From positions 54,151,898 through 54,215,897 of the forward strand of contig NC_068990.1 in the NCBI RefSeq assembly GCF_001194135.2: a stretch of 64,000 nt of DNA, given 5' to 3'. How positions within the stretch are numbered: position 1 is the stretch's first letter; every line of letters begins with the position of its first letter. Under the pieces are notes generated by a model, which saw only the letters and a program-made list of their open reading frames with translations, was not told where the DNA came from and did not search any database. The position numbers and the translations under genes were made by a program. This document shows, piece by piece, positions 52,746 to 64,000 of this stretch. Origin of the DNA: Octopus bimaculoides. Lineage: Eukaryota.

Positions 52746-54227
52746 ATGAACGAACTTCGACAATAGCGAACTAAACATTTCAAGGACATTATCATCATCA
52801 TAACGACCGTAATAAAGACGATCTCTTTAAAAACATAAAAATATTTTCTAAACGCCTTCGCCCCTCTAAGTAAAATTATCGATCTAATCTAATTGTATCC
52901 CTTCCACTAACTAATCAAAACTCTCTTTGATAGTTTTATTTACCTCAATATGATACACTGCCAAACTAATTCACTCCTCAAGTGTATGGTTAAATATCCA
53001 CACCCTACGTTTTCCTTCGCAGTCCCATGTCTCATGGGATACTGTTTCATACAACTGAATGTAATTTTAAAATATTTTTTCACCTTTAATTTCAACTTTT
53101 CTCCCTGCACCTTTCTCATGAAGTATTTAACTTCGAAGGCCAGCTACACCAAAACTCGGTTTTCATTTATCGTTCAGCTGTATAGTCTTCCTAAGATCTT
53201 ATTCTAAGAACATCATTCTTCTAACACTCGTCTCAAAAAGCTCGATATAATTTTCTAAAATTTATTACTCTTAAAACAGAACAAATATATTTAATTGCAG
53301 TGTGTTTTCTTAATGCGAAAAATACTTTGACAGAGATCTTAGGTAGAACTTCCACAACAGGTCAAATAATGAAAAGAGGCTGGGGGAATATAAAAAGAAA
53401 AAACTGGTAGGAAATATAGCAGAATAGTTAGTAATAAAGATTTTTTATATATTAGCACAAGTCTACAAATTTGTGGAAGGACACTGAATAAACCTGAATG
53501 TATTAAATATGAATAGAAAAATGTTATGTTCAACAGCAAATAAGGGAGAGTAATTTCACTTTTAGGGAGGGTACTAAAAACGAGAATAATATCCCAAACA
53601 ATAAAAATTATGTCCATAAGTTTTATTCACTTAAAAACACCACCATATCTATAAAACATACCTACACAAGTGTGCCCCCCCAGCGACTTTGTTTCCTTAT
53701 AGATTCTTCCGTTTACATCGGATTTTTTTCTTTTTGAGAATATGTTTTATATATGGCTGGGAAGTGTAGTTTCGGAAAATTCACACGAATTGGATTTGCT
53801 TCCTCATAAATTTCAGAATAATGGTTATTTTTTAATGAAATTTTCTACAAATACCTTTCAGTATGAGTAGATTACCATTATATCGGAATTGAAAAAAAAA
53901 AGGTAGGCTCACACACATAGATACTAACACAGATCACATATAATACACAAAATGAAACTTAAAGTTTCTAAGAAAAAAATTGTGATGTGTGTCAGTATGT
54001 ATGTTCGCGTGCTCACCATTTTTCTTTTCACATTAAATTGCCATACCGTAATTTTACACACTTTGAGAACTTCTCTCACAACCACGGAATAAATTTTTTC
54101 ACAACGAATACAGATATAATTGGAATTTACACCATCTGAAGCATATTTGTAGAAAATTTCATCAAAAATTATCCGATTCTCTGGAAGTGATGAGGAAACA
54201 CTCGTGTATGTATGCCATATACATACA

Positions 54228-54293
<66 letters not shown>

Positions 54294-54879
54294 ATTAACC
54301 AGAGAACCATATATAGTTGTATAGCGTACCCTAACACCATCTTAGCGCTATTCATATACAAAATATAATGAAACTAAATGTTTGCTTGCAGTTGTTTTAC
54401 TTTCTGTTTCACCAACTATTTGCCATACAATCATGGTCGATTACAATAAAGTTGTTAAAACTTTCTGAAACAAAGATAATGGAGGTGGGGGAAACGTACA
54501 TTCATTCACACACTGAACACACACACATATATAATCACAAGCTCTACACACTGTCAACTTGTACCTATTAATATTCTAAAGAAATACTTTTCATGATTCA
54601 CATTAAGAACATTTTACACGCTAACTTGCTGGATAACTTTATTTCAAGCAAGACACGTTAAGACAACTTTCACAAAGTGTACACACGTACACTGAAAACT
54701 GTAGATCACAACTATGTCTATGATATANNNNNNNNNNNNNNNNNNNNNNNNNNNNNNNNNNNNNNNNNNNNNNNNNNNNNNNNNNNNNNNNNNNNNNNNN
54801 NNNNNNNNNNNNNNNNNNNNNNNNNNNTAACAGGTGTATATGGTAATTACCTGGTGTATATAGTAACTAGATGTATATA

Positions 54880-55280
54880 TTAAGTTGTTTAAAAAATGCT
54901 GTCTAATTTTTAGAAAACATTTTTCAAATTCGACTTAACATGTTATTTTTGTAGTGTTTGAGACAAAATTTTACATGCTTAATAATCGATGTGTACTCTT
55001 TAATAAACTTTTGTGGATTTCTTTCAGAATATCATTTTGAAGTATAGAAATCCTTAATTTCAAACATGGTAAAAGAAGAAATGCATTCACTTTTTTTTGC
55101 ATGAATTCAAGCTTGGACATAATGCTTCCCAAACAGCCACCTCAACAGAGCATGGGGTGAATTGTCTACTAGTGATCAGAGGGTAAAACAGCGATTTCAG
55201 AGATTCTGTTGTGGGAATGAGTGCCTTGAAGATCAAGAAGGTAGAGGACATCCATCCAACTTTGATGAAAACAATATTAA
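54880..55280 (+). mobile_element. Mariner 5' fragment (Hsmar1-like N-terminus) interrupting a minisatellite
   Basis: Hand translation from about 55067: MVKEEMHSLFLHEFKLGHNASQTAT..RAWGELSTSDQRVKQRFQRFCCGNECLEDQEGRGHPS, similar to mariner FEFKMGRKAAET..WFKKFCKGDESLEDEERSGRP. Confidence 0.75.
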
Positions 55281-55282
55281 CA

Positions 55283-55587
55283 GTAACTAGCAGGTGCATA
55301 TGGTAACTAGCATTTGTATATGGTGACTAGCTGGTGTATGAAGTAACTAGATGTATATAGTAAACTAGCTGTGTATATAGTAATTAGCAGGTGCACATGG
55401 TAACCAACAAGTGTATATAATGATGCGCAGTTGTTTATGGTAACTAGCAGGCATATATAGTAACTAGTAGGTGTTTATAGTAACTAGCTGGGGTATATGT
55501 TAATTAGTTGGTGTATATAGTAACTAGCAGGTACATATGGTCACTAGTTGATGTATATAACAACTAGCAGGTGTATATGGTAACTTG
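55283..55587 (+). repeat. Minisatellite, about 20-bp unit gtaactagcaggtgtatatg (also 54828-54879)
   Basis: About 15 degenerate tandem units read directly. Confidence 0.9.
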
Positions 55588-56032
55588 TGATGATCCTTTC
55601 CTACCCTTGCAAAGAAATTCCCTAATAACAAGAGTTTGTCCCTCGGCGGCATTACTATCCTGCCACTCTTGCCTTCACCTACTCTCTTCTGCAGACATGG
55701 GAGTATGATGTAGCCCTTGGAACCTTCAGATTTGTCAAATTGTCCAACCCATGCCAGTATGGAAAGCAGACATTAAATGATGATATGTTGGGTGGGAGAC
55801 TTGGGGGAGATAGAGATAGATGTACAGTGATAGAGATAGATGTCAGATGTACATTGGGGTAGCTGTAGTGAGTGGGGGACAAAGGTTGTAAGGAATTTGT
55901 CAATGGCAGATATGCTAGAATGATGAGAATGATAGCAGATAAGACAGAAGTGTTAAAGATAAGGTAATGGCAGTCTTAAGATGTTGCTCAGAGGTGGCGT
56001 GAAGATAAACAGGGTACAAACAAAGGAGTTAC

Positions 56033-58215
56033 CATCATCATCATCGTTTAACATCCGTTTGCCATGCTGGTATGGGTTGGATGGTTCAACTGGGGTCTGG
56101 GAAGCCAGAAGGCTACACCAGGCTCCAGTCTGATCTGGCAGTGTTTCTACAGCTGGATGCCCTTCCTAACGCCAACCTATCCAAGAGTGTAGTGGGTGCT
56201 TTTTACATGCCACCAGCACAGGAGCCAGAAGGGGCTGGCAACAACCACAATCAGTTGGTGCATTTTATGTGCCACCAGCATGGAAGCCAGTCAAGGCAGC
56301 ACTGGCATCGGCCATGTTCGGATGCTGCTTTTTATGTGCCACCAGCATGGGTATCACAACTACAATTTCCATTTGATTTTGGTTTTGATGTACTTGACTC
56401 AATAGGTCTCTTCAAGCATGGCATGTCACCCTACAAGCCAAGGTACTTTTGAGTGGGCTGGTTATGCAACACTGGTTACAGCTGTGAACTCACTTTATTT
56501 GCCGGGTCTTCTCAGTCACAGCATATCTCCAGAGGTCTCGGTCTTTTGTCATTGCCTCTGTGAGGCCCAACGTTTGAAGGTCATGTTTCACTGCCATGTT
56601 TCACTGCCGTGAAGCATGGCAGTTCGCACACATGCATCGTAAATCTACTTTTGACTCTGAGTGAGAGGCCCTTTGTCACCAGTAGGGGTGGGAGCTTTCT
56701 GAACTTTGCCCAGGGTATTCCTATTCTAGTGGTAACACTTTCTGAGCATCCACTCCCAAAGCAGACTTGGTAACCTAGGTAGCGGAAGCTATCAACTACT
56801 TCTAGTTTCTCTCCCTGGCATGTGATGGAATCTGTTTTCTGAGCATCTGTGGAGTTTATTGCCTCTGTGCATCTGCTGCACACGAAAGCTATCTTCCTGG
56901 TTAATCTTCCATTGATGTTGCTGCACCTCTTATGTGTCCATAGCTTACACCGGGTACATTTTATGGAGTTTCTACCAACACCTTTTCTACAGATCGAACA
57001 GGGCTACCTACCTGAAGGGGTGTGTGATGTGTTTGCCTGCCTACTTACAAGAACTTTGGTCTTTGCAAAATTGACTCTAAGGCCCTTTGAATCCTTGCTT
57101 CTACACCTGAAATTTCTAGTTCTAGTAGTGATTCTGTTGAGGGCCAGGTCATCAGCATAGAGGAGCTCTCAGGGGCAATCTGTCTTGAATTCCTGTTATT
57201 GCCTGGAGGACTATAATGAATAAGAGGGGGCTGAGGGCTGATCCTTGGTGGACCCCTACTTCTACCTGGAATTCTTCACTATACTCATTGCCAACCCTAA
57301 CTTTACTAATGGCATCTCTGTATAGGGCCTGTATAGCCCTTGTTAACCATTCGTCAATCCCTAGTTTCCACATCACCCACCAGATAATGGATCAGGGAAC
57401 CCTATTAAAGGCTTTCTCCAAGTCCACAAAAGCCAAGTATAGGGGTTTATCTTTGGCTAGGTATTTCTCCTGCAGTTGCCGTACAAGGAATATAGCAACA
57501 GTAGGGCTTCTACCTGGCACAAAACCTAACTGCATCTCATCTAAGCAGACTCTCTCCCTAATTATTTGGGCTATGACCCTCTCCATGACCTTCATCGCCT
57601 GATCCAGCAGTTTGATACCCTGTAGAAATATTTCTATCTAAAGCATCACCTTTACCCTTGTAGCAGTTGACTATGGTGCTGCTACGCCAGTCATTGGGTA
57701 TGACTCTATCATGAACTACCTGGTTTACAATATGGGTGACTAGGCCATAGCCCACACCACCAGTTGTTTTAAGCATCTCAGCAGTGATTCCTGATAGGCC
57801 GGGGGCCTTTCCTGGCTTCATACCCTTAATTGCTTTATCTACCAGGGTGCTATCTATTTGGATTGCTGGTCCCTCTACTGGGTCAATATTTGGCAGGCTC
57901 TTTTCCTCCCAATCATTCTCCACATTCAGCAGTCTTTCATAATGACTTCTCCAGGCCTCTTTCTTTTCTAAATCATTAAAAGCAAGTGCACCATCATCCA
58001 TGCAGACATATTTCTCTCCTGTGACACCACAATTTTCTCTCATACACTGTCTTGCAATCCAAAATACTTCAGTTCTTTGGTCCTCATGTTGCTAGACATT
58101 GGCAAACTTCTCTTCTGCTTCGCTCTTGGCTATGTATACCTGTCGCCCAGCCTCCCTTCTGGCTATCTGGTATAGTTCCCTGCTACCCCCACCCTTCCAG
58201 GCTTTCCAGGCCTGC
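56033..58215 (-). mobile_element. RTE-clade LINE, 5'-truncated, with (GAT)n tail
   Basis: YERLLNVEN, KAPGLSGITAEML, QLGFVPGRS..LQEKY..AFVDLEKAFNRVP, GVHQGSALSPLLF, YADD region; 3' UTR ends in a catcatcat tract on the plus strand. Confidence 0.92.
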
Positions 58216-58526
58216 ACTCAACAAAATTAAGTACACTCCAAAAGATTATTACTGACAAGCTGATCACCATTTAAAGACTACATCGATATAACAGGGAATG
58301 TTAAAACAACATTTTAATATTATCAAATCAATTGAACACAGAATGAAAATTGGAAATATTTTTGAAAATTAGGGCAATTAAAGATGCAGTTCTATTTTTA
58401 AGAGATGAGGAATTATGTACATTATTTACATTAGATGGATATTTGTCCTCATCTTTGTTGTTAACACAACGTTTCGGCTGATATACCTTCTAGCCTTCAT
58501 CATCATCATCATCATTATTATTATTA

Positions 58527-58569
<43 letters not shown>

Positions 58570-58571
<2 letters not shown>

Positions 58572-58684
58572 TCACTGCCTGGAATCGAACTCAGAATCTT
58601 GGGGTTAGTAGCCTGCGCTCTTAACCACTATGCCACAGGCATATGGCGTAGTGGTTAAGAGTGCGGGCTACTAACCCCAAGATT
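58570..58684. repeat. Head-to-head pair of tRNA-derived elements forming a 41-bp inverted repeat
   Basis: Arms 58595-58635 and 58644-58684; A-box-like tggcgtagtggttaag and B-box-like gagttcgattcc on the minus copy. Confidence 0.8.
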
Positions 58685-59402
58685 NNNNNNNNNNNNNNNN
58701 NNNNNNNNNNNNNNNNNNNNNNNNNNNNNNNNNNNNNNNNNNNNNNNNNNNNNNNNNNNNNNNNNNNNNNNNNNNNNNNNNNNNNNNNNNNNNNNNNNNN
58801 NNNNNNNNNNNNNNNNNNNNNNNNNNNNNNNNNNNNNNNNNNNNNNNNNNNNNNNNNNNNNNNNNNNNNNNNNNNNNNNNNNNNNNNNNNNNNNNNNNNN
58901 NNNNNNNNNNNNNNNNNNNNNNNNNNNNNNNNNNNNNNNNNNNNNNNNNNNNNNNNNNNNNNNNNNNNNNNNNNNNNNNNNNNNNNNNNNNNNNNNNNNN
59001 NNNNNNNNNNNNNNNNNNNNNNNNNNNNNNNNNNNNNNNNNNNNNNNNNNNNNNNNNNNNNNNNNNNNNNNNNNNNNNNNNNNNNNNNNNNNNNNNNNNN
59101 NNNNNNNNNNNNNNNNNNNNNNNNNNNNNNNNNNNNNNNNNNNNNNNNNNNNNNNNNNNNNNNNNNNNNNNNNNNNNNNNNNNNNNNNNNNNNNNNNNNN
59201 NNNNNNNNNNNNNNNNNNNNNNNNNNNNNNNNNNNNNNNNNNNNNNNNNNNNNNNNNNNNNNNNNNNNNNNNNNNNNNNNNNNNNNNNNNNNNNNNNNNN
59301 NNNNNNNNNNNNNNNNNNNNNNNNNNNNNNNNNNNNNNNNNNNNNNNNNNNNNNNNNNNNNNNNNNNNNNNNNNNNNNNNNNNNNNNNNNNNNNNNNNNN
59401 NN

Positions 59403-59459
<57 letters not shown>

Positions 59460-59920
59460 TATAGGTGCAGGCATGGCTTGCTTCTCAACCACATAGTTCA
59501 AATTCAGTGCCATAGCACTAAAGTGTCCTCTACTTTAGTCCTAGGTCTACCAAAGCCTTGTACATAGATTTGCTTAATGGAAACTGAAAAATGTCCATTA
59601 TACATATGTATGTGTGTGTACCATCATGACAAACAAACATTTAATGATGATGATCATGATGCGTGTGTGTGTGTGTGTAAACATCTGAATGAATTATTTC
59701 TCCCTTTAAGTGATTGTCACACAAAAAAACAATGTCTTAAACTAAAATGTATGGGAACAAATGTAGTTGCATAGTAGTTGACTAATCAGAAAGAAATGAA
59801 ATAGAGCCAGTGTGTGTTTTTTATTGGCAAAAATGACCCTCCCAATATACAACATAAACATGTTTCATAAATGTATGTCATGTCTACCAACTGTGGCACC
59901 ATAGTCCCCCAACTGCAAGC

Positions 59921-59966
<46 letters not shown>

Positions 59967-59997
59967 GTCTATCTCTCTCTCTCTCTCTCTCTCTCTG

Positions 59998-60028
<31 letters not shown>

Positions 60029-61294
60029 GTATNNNNNNNNNNNNNNNNNNNNNNNNNNNNNNNNNNNNNNNNNNNNNNNNNNNNNNNNNNNNNNNNNNNN
60101 NNNNNNNNNNNNNNNNNNNNNNNNNNNNNNNNNNNNNNNNNNNNNNNNNNNNNNNNNNNNNNNNNNNNNNNNNNNNNNNNNNNNNNNNNNNNNNNNNNNN
60201 NNNNNNNNNNNNNNNNNNNNNNNNNNNNNNNNNNNNNNNNNNNNNNNNNNNNNNNNNNNNNNNNNNNNNNNNNNNNNNNNNNNNNNNNNNNNNNNNNNNN
60301 NNNNNNNNNNNNNNNNNNNNNNNNNNNNNNNNNNNNNNNNNNNNNNNNNNNNNNNNNNNNNNNNNNNNNNNNNNNNNNNNNNNNNNNNNNNNNNNNNNNN
60401 NNNNNNNNNNNNNNNNNNNNNNNNNNNNNNNNNNNNNNNNNNNNNNNNNNNNNNNNNNNNNNNNNNNNNNNNNNNNNNNNNNNNNNNNNNNNNNNNNNNN
60501 NNNNNNNNNNNNNNNNNNNNNNNNNNNNNNNNNNNNNNNNNNNNNNNNNNNNNNNNNNNNNNNNNNNNNNNNNNNNNNNNNNNNNNNNNNNNNNNNNNNN
60601 NNNNNNNNNNNNNNNNNNNNNNNNNNNNNNNNNNNNNNNNNNNNNNNNNNNNNNNNNNNNNNNNNNNNNNNNNNNNNNNNNNNNNNNNNNNNNNNNNNNN
60701 NNNNNNNNNNNNNNNNNNNNNNNNNNNNNNNNNNNNNNNNNNNNNNNNNNNNNNNNNNNNNNNNNNNNNNNNNNNNNNNNNNNNNNNNNNNNNNNNNNNN
60801 NNNNNNNNNNNNNNNNNNNNNNNNNNNNNNNNNNNNNNNNNNNNNNNNNNNNNNNNNNNNNNNNNNNNNNNNNNNNNNNNNNNNNNNNNNNNNNNNNNNN
60901 NNNNNNNNNNNNNNNNNNNNNNNNNNNNNNNNNNNNNNNNNNNNNNNNNNNNNNNNNNNNNNNNNNNNNNNNNNNNNNNNNNNNGCCGACCAAAGCCTTG
61001 TGAGTGGATTTGATAGACAGAAAACTGAAAGAAGCCCGTCGTATATATGTATATATATACATGTGTGTGTGTGTGTTTGTGTGTTTGTGTTTGTCCCCCC
61101 CCAACATCGCTTGACAACCGATGCTGGTGTGTTTATGTCCCCGTAACTTAGCAGTTCAGCAAAAGAGACCAATAGAATAAGTACTAGGCTTACAAAGAAT
61201 AAGTCCTGGGGGCGATTTGCTCGACTAAAGGCGGTGCTCCAGCATGGCCACAGTCAAATTACTGAAACAAGTAAAAGAGTAAAAGAGTAAAGAG

Positions 61295-62646
61295 ACCATT
61301 GATTACAATCCCAGAAAGTCCATGAGTTCAATCCAAAAGATCTCGGTGTGTCAGAAGGTACAGTCAGAAATATTGTCCACAAAGACATCAGATACAAGTC
61401 TTATATGATGAGGAAAGGTCAATTTGCCAGAAAAAGCAAAAGAAAATCACGACATCAGATCTAAAATGCTCTTAAACAAACTGAAAAATCCAGCAGAGGA
61501 GGATTTGATTTGGTTTTTCTCAAACAAGAAAAACTTCAACCAAGATCAAAAAGTTAACAGAAGAAATGACAGATGGTTATGTGTATACCCTTCTGAAGTT
61601 CCAAGTGTTTTTGCATACAAAATTTCCTGCAGCTGTCATGGTTTTAGGGGTTGTCAGCAATGAAGGACATGTGATGCCTCCTTACTTCTTTCCACAAGGC
61701 CTTAGAGTTAACTCTGCTGCCTACATTGAGGTCCTGGAAATAATTGTTTAGCCTGGATAGACAGTGTATGCAATAGAAGGCCATATGTATTTCAGTAAGA
61801 CTGCACTATCACACATGACTTTAGTAACACAGGAATGGATGGCTGAAAATTTTTATGATCATAACCCCTAACATTTGGCCTTCTAATTCCCCAGATTTCA
61901 ATCCATTGGACTTGTAGTGGCGTGAAATTATAGCCGCCATTGAGGAAGTACTATTCTGCGCATGCACAGGGAACTTCACCACCAGAAGCTCCTCGAGTTG
62001 CGCATGCGTAGTAAAACTCGTACTTAAGAGAGAGTTTCACTTTGTTAAGCGAGTTGAGCTGAGACCTTCTACGTAACAACACCTCGCTCCTCCACGAAGC
62101 ACTTTTACACTGTTCTCTGGCAGGCATCAAGGAAGCCCTTAACCTTCCAATACCAACTACATCTCAATCAGCGGCTGCTAAGCTGAATGACAGGAATTGT
62201 GAAACCAAGCATCATCATAAATAAAAACCTTTTTATTATATTGTTAATTGTTCTAATGTCTCTTCATTTATAATTATGTTGAAAGGTGATAGAGAGAGAC
62301 TAAAGTCTCTATGACAACTATCAAACCATTACAGACTACTTCATATGGAGCATTGTTGAGAGAGAGGTTGATGAACATGCCCATAACACCAAAGATTCTA
62401 TGAAAGTTGCTGTAGTCAGAGTAATGTCCAAAATGAAACCAGGACTACATGATTCAAGCATGTAGATGATTAAGATCTCATACAGAAGCAGTTGTTGAAG
62501 CTGAAGGTGGCTTTATTGAATAACATTATAGAATAGGTTTTTTTTTTATCCTCATAGCATTTTTTGATAAATGAAGTGATTATCTGTAATTATATATCTG
62601 TTGTTTTATCAACATAAATCTGTTCTCAAATATCTTACGCACCTTG
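61295..62646 (+). mobile_element. DD37D (maT-like) element, 5'-truncated, interrupted by a solo LTR
   Basis: LIWFFSNKKNFNQDQKVNRRNDRW, TKFPAAVMVLGVVSNEGHVMPP, WPSNSPDFNPLD|YFIWSIVERE, ..EGGFIE*; terminal ..tatcttacgcaccttg|TA. Confidence 0.85.
61913..62333. mobile_element. Solo LTR (421 bp) with 4-bp TSD GACT
   Basis: GACT|TGTAGTGG...CCATTACA|GACT: TG..CA termini, 7/8 terminal inverted match, internal AATAAA near 62220. Removing it restores AAT CCA TTG GAC TAC TTC ATA TGG (NPLDYFIW). Confidence 0.85.
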
Positions 62647-62783
62647 TACATATATATTTAAGTCACAGTATATGGAGTCAAGTACTCCAGTAGTAGTTAT
62701 AAAAAAATCTCCTTAATGTATCATTCTACAAAACATGTAGAACATACAGCACAATAAGAGAGAAAACGATATGGAGTGTCGAG

Positions 62784-62986
62784 AGTCATAAATAACTGAG
62801 AAATAGTTTGATGAAATTTTATCTAACAATAAAAAATTCAAATATCATGACAAATTGTTTAAATATAATAATATAAATTATTTACATGTTTTTAAGTCAC
62901 AAAACAATTTGTCAAGATATTTGAATTTTCTTATTGTCAAATGAAATTTAAAATTTCATCAAACTATTTCTTTGTCATTTATGACT
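62784..62986. mobile_element. Foldback/MITE-like palindrome of about 200 bp
   Basis: agtcataaataactgagaaatagtttgatgaaatttta..ttcaaatatcatgacaaattgttt is mirrored by aaacaatttgtcaagatatttgaa..tttcatcaaactatttctttgtcatttatgact. Confidence 0.7.
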
Positions 62987-63021
62987 TTATATATACATAT
63001 TATCCATATGACAAAATCATG

Positions 63022-63071
<50 letters not shown>

Positions 63072-64000
63072 NNNNNNNNNNNNNNNNNNNNNNNNNNNNN
63101 NNNNNNNNNNNNNNNNNNNNNNNNNNNNNNNNNNNNNNNNNNNNNNNNNNNNNNNNNNNNNNNNNNNNNNNNNNNNNNNNNNNNNNNNNNNNNNNNNNNN
63201 NNNNNNNNNNNNNNNNNNNNNNNNNNNNNNNNNNNNNNNNNNNNNNNNNNNNNNNNNNNNNNNNNNNNNNNNNNNNNNNNNNNNNNNNNNNNNNNNNNNN
63301 NNNNNNNNNNNNNNNNNNNNNNNNNNNNNNATTGTATTATATCACTCTAAACTTTTTATGTTCTCTATATTTTTTTCCTTCCTCTCTATATGTAAAACAA
63401 ACATCCTGATGAAGGGAGTGTCTAATCTCTAATATGAGTACAACACCATATTAATAGACACATCTCAGAAACGGTCCGTAGATGTATACTTTTAACTTAA
63501 CTTTTATATTATATGTTTTTTTTGTTGTTTTTTTTTGAAATCCTGTCCTAATGTACACGTTTTTAATACAATACATGTAAATTTATAACTTCATCATACC
63601 GTATATATTTACCCATTATATGTTATATCATAATGTACGTTTACACATCGTAATGTTTTAACTTTAATTGTCATATTTTTATACAACTTAGAAATCATGC
63701 ATATTTATAAATATTTTTTTATTTTGAGCATTCATATTTCTAAAGTTTTTATTGTTGTATTTGCTTGTTTTACCGTACCTTTTAGACACTTTAGAGACTG
63801 AATACTATAAATTCATTTATTGATTCTTGAAGGAATTGAACACACATATTGTATCTTGCGTTGGACATATGGTATTATTCCTGTGATTTTCCACCCTTAT
63901 GTATCCATTTTTACTATAAGATGTATATATATATATATGTATATACATACATAGCAAAGATGTATATCAGAACGGCAGGCAACTCATTTGAGGAAAGATA

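Noticed and set aside
55283-55587. CRISPR-like periodic array
   Set aside because: Contiguous degenerate units without unique spacers, in eukaryotic context with no cas genes.
58570-58684. Possible tRNA gene
   Set aside because: Anticodon and acceptor stems do not pair properly, and it is followed by an AAT microsatellite tail. It is a SINE-like derivative, kept as a repeat.

Overview
AT-rich, microsatellite- and transposon-dense animal DNA with about 12 scaffold N-gaps. The repeat content looks like an octopus/cephalopod genome (inference). The only host gene I can support is a minus-strand IRF1/IRF2-type interferon regulatory factor. Four coding exons (34807-35025, 17960-18115, 15413-16033, 13385-13734) splice by hand with GT-AG, all phase 1, into one open frame of 447 codons before the stop; the exon at 17960-18115 is absent from the ORF track. 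The true start exon is unresolved. A TATA (-29) plus Inr core promoter facing the gene lies at about 49826, followed by two near-consensus IRF-binding elements, which suggests autoregulation. An abundant SINE family here also carries an IRF-element-like motif. The DNA-binding domain has Phe in place of the fifth Trp of the IRF Trp pentad. The rest is RTE and Tx1 LINE fragments, tRNA-derived SINEs, Tc1/mariner relics (DD37E TRT-like, DD37D, DD34D), a solo LTR with a 4-bp TSD, TTAA-type and foldback MITEs, and simple repeats. No rRNA, genuine tRNA gene or CRISPR array was seen. All alignments were done by eye.
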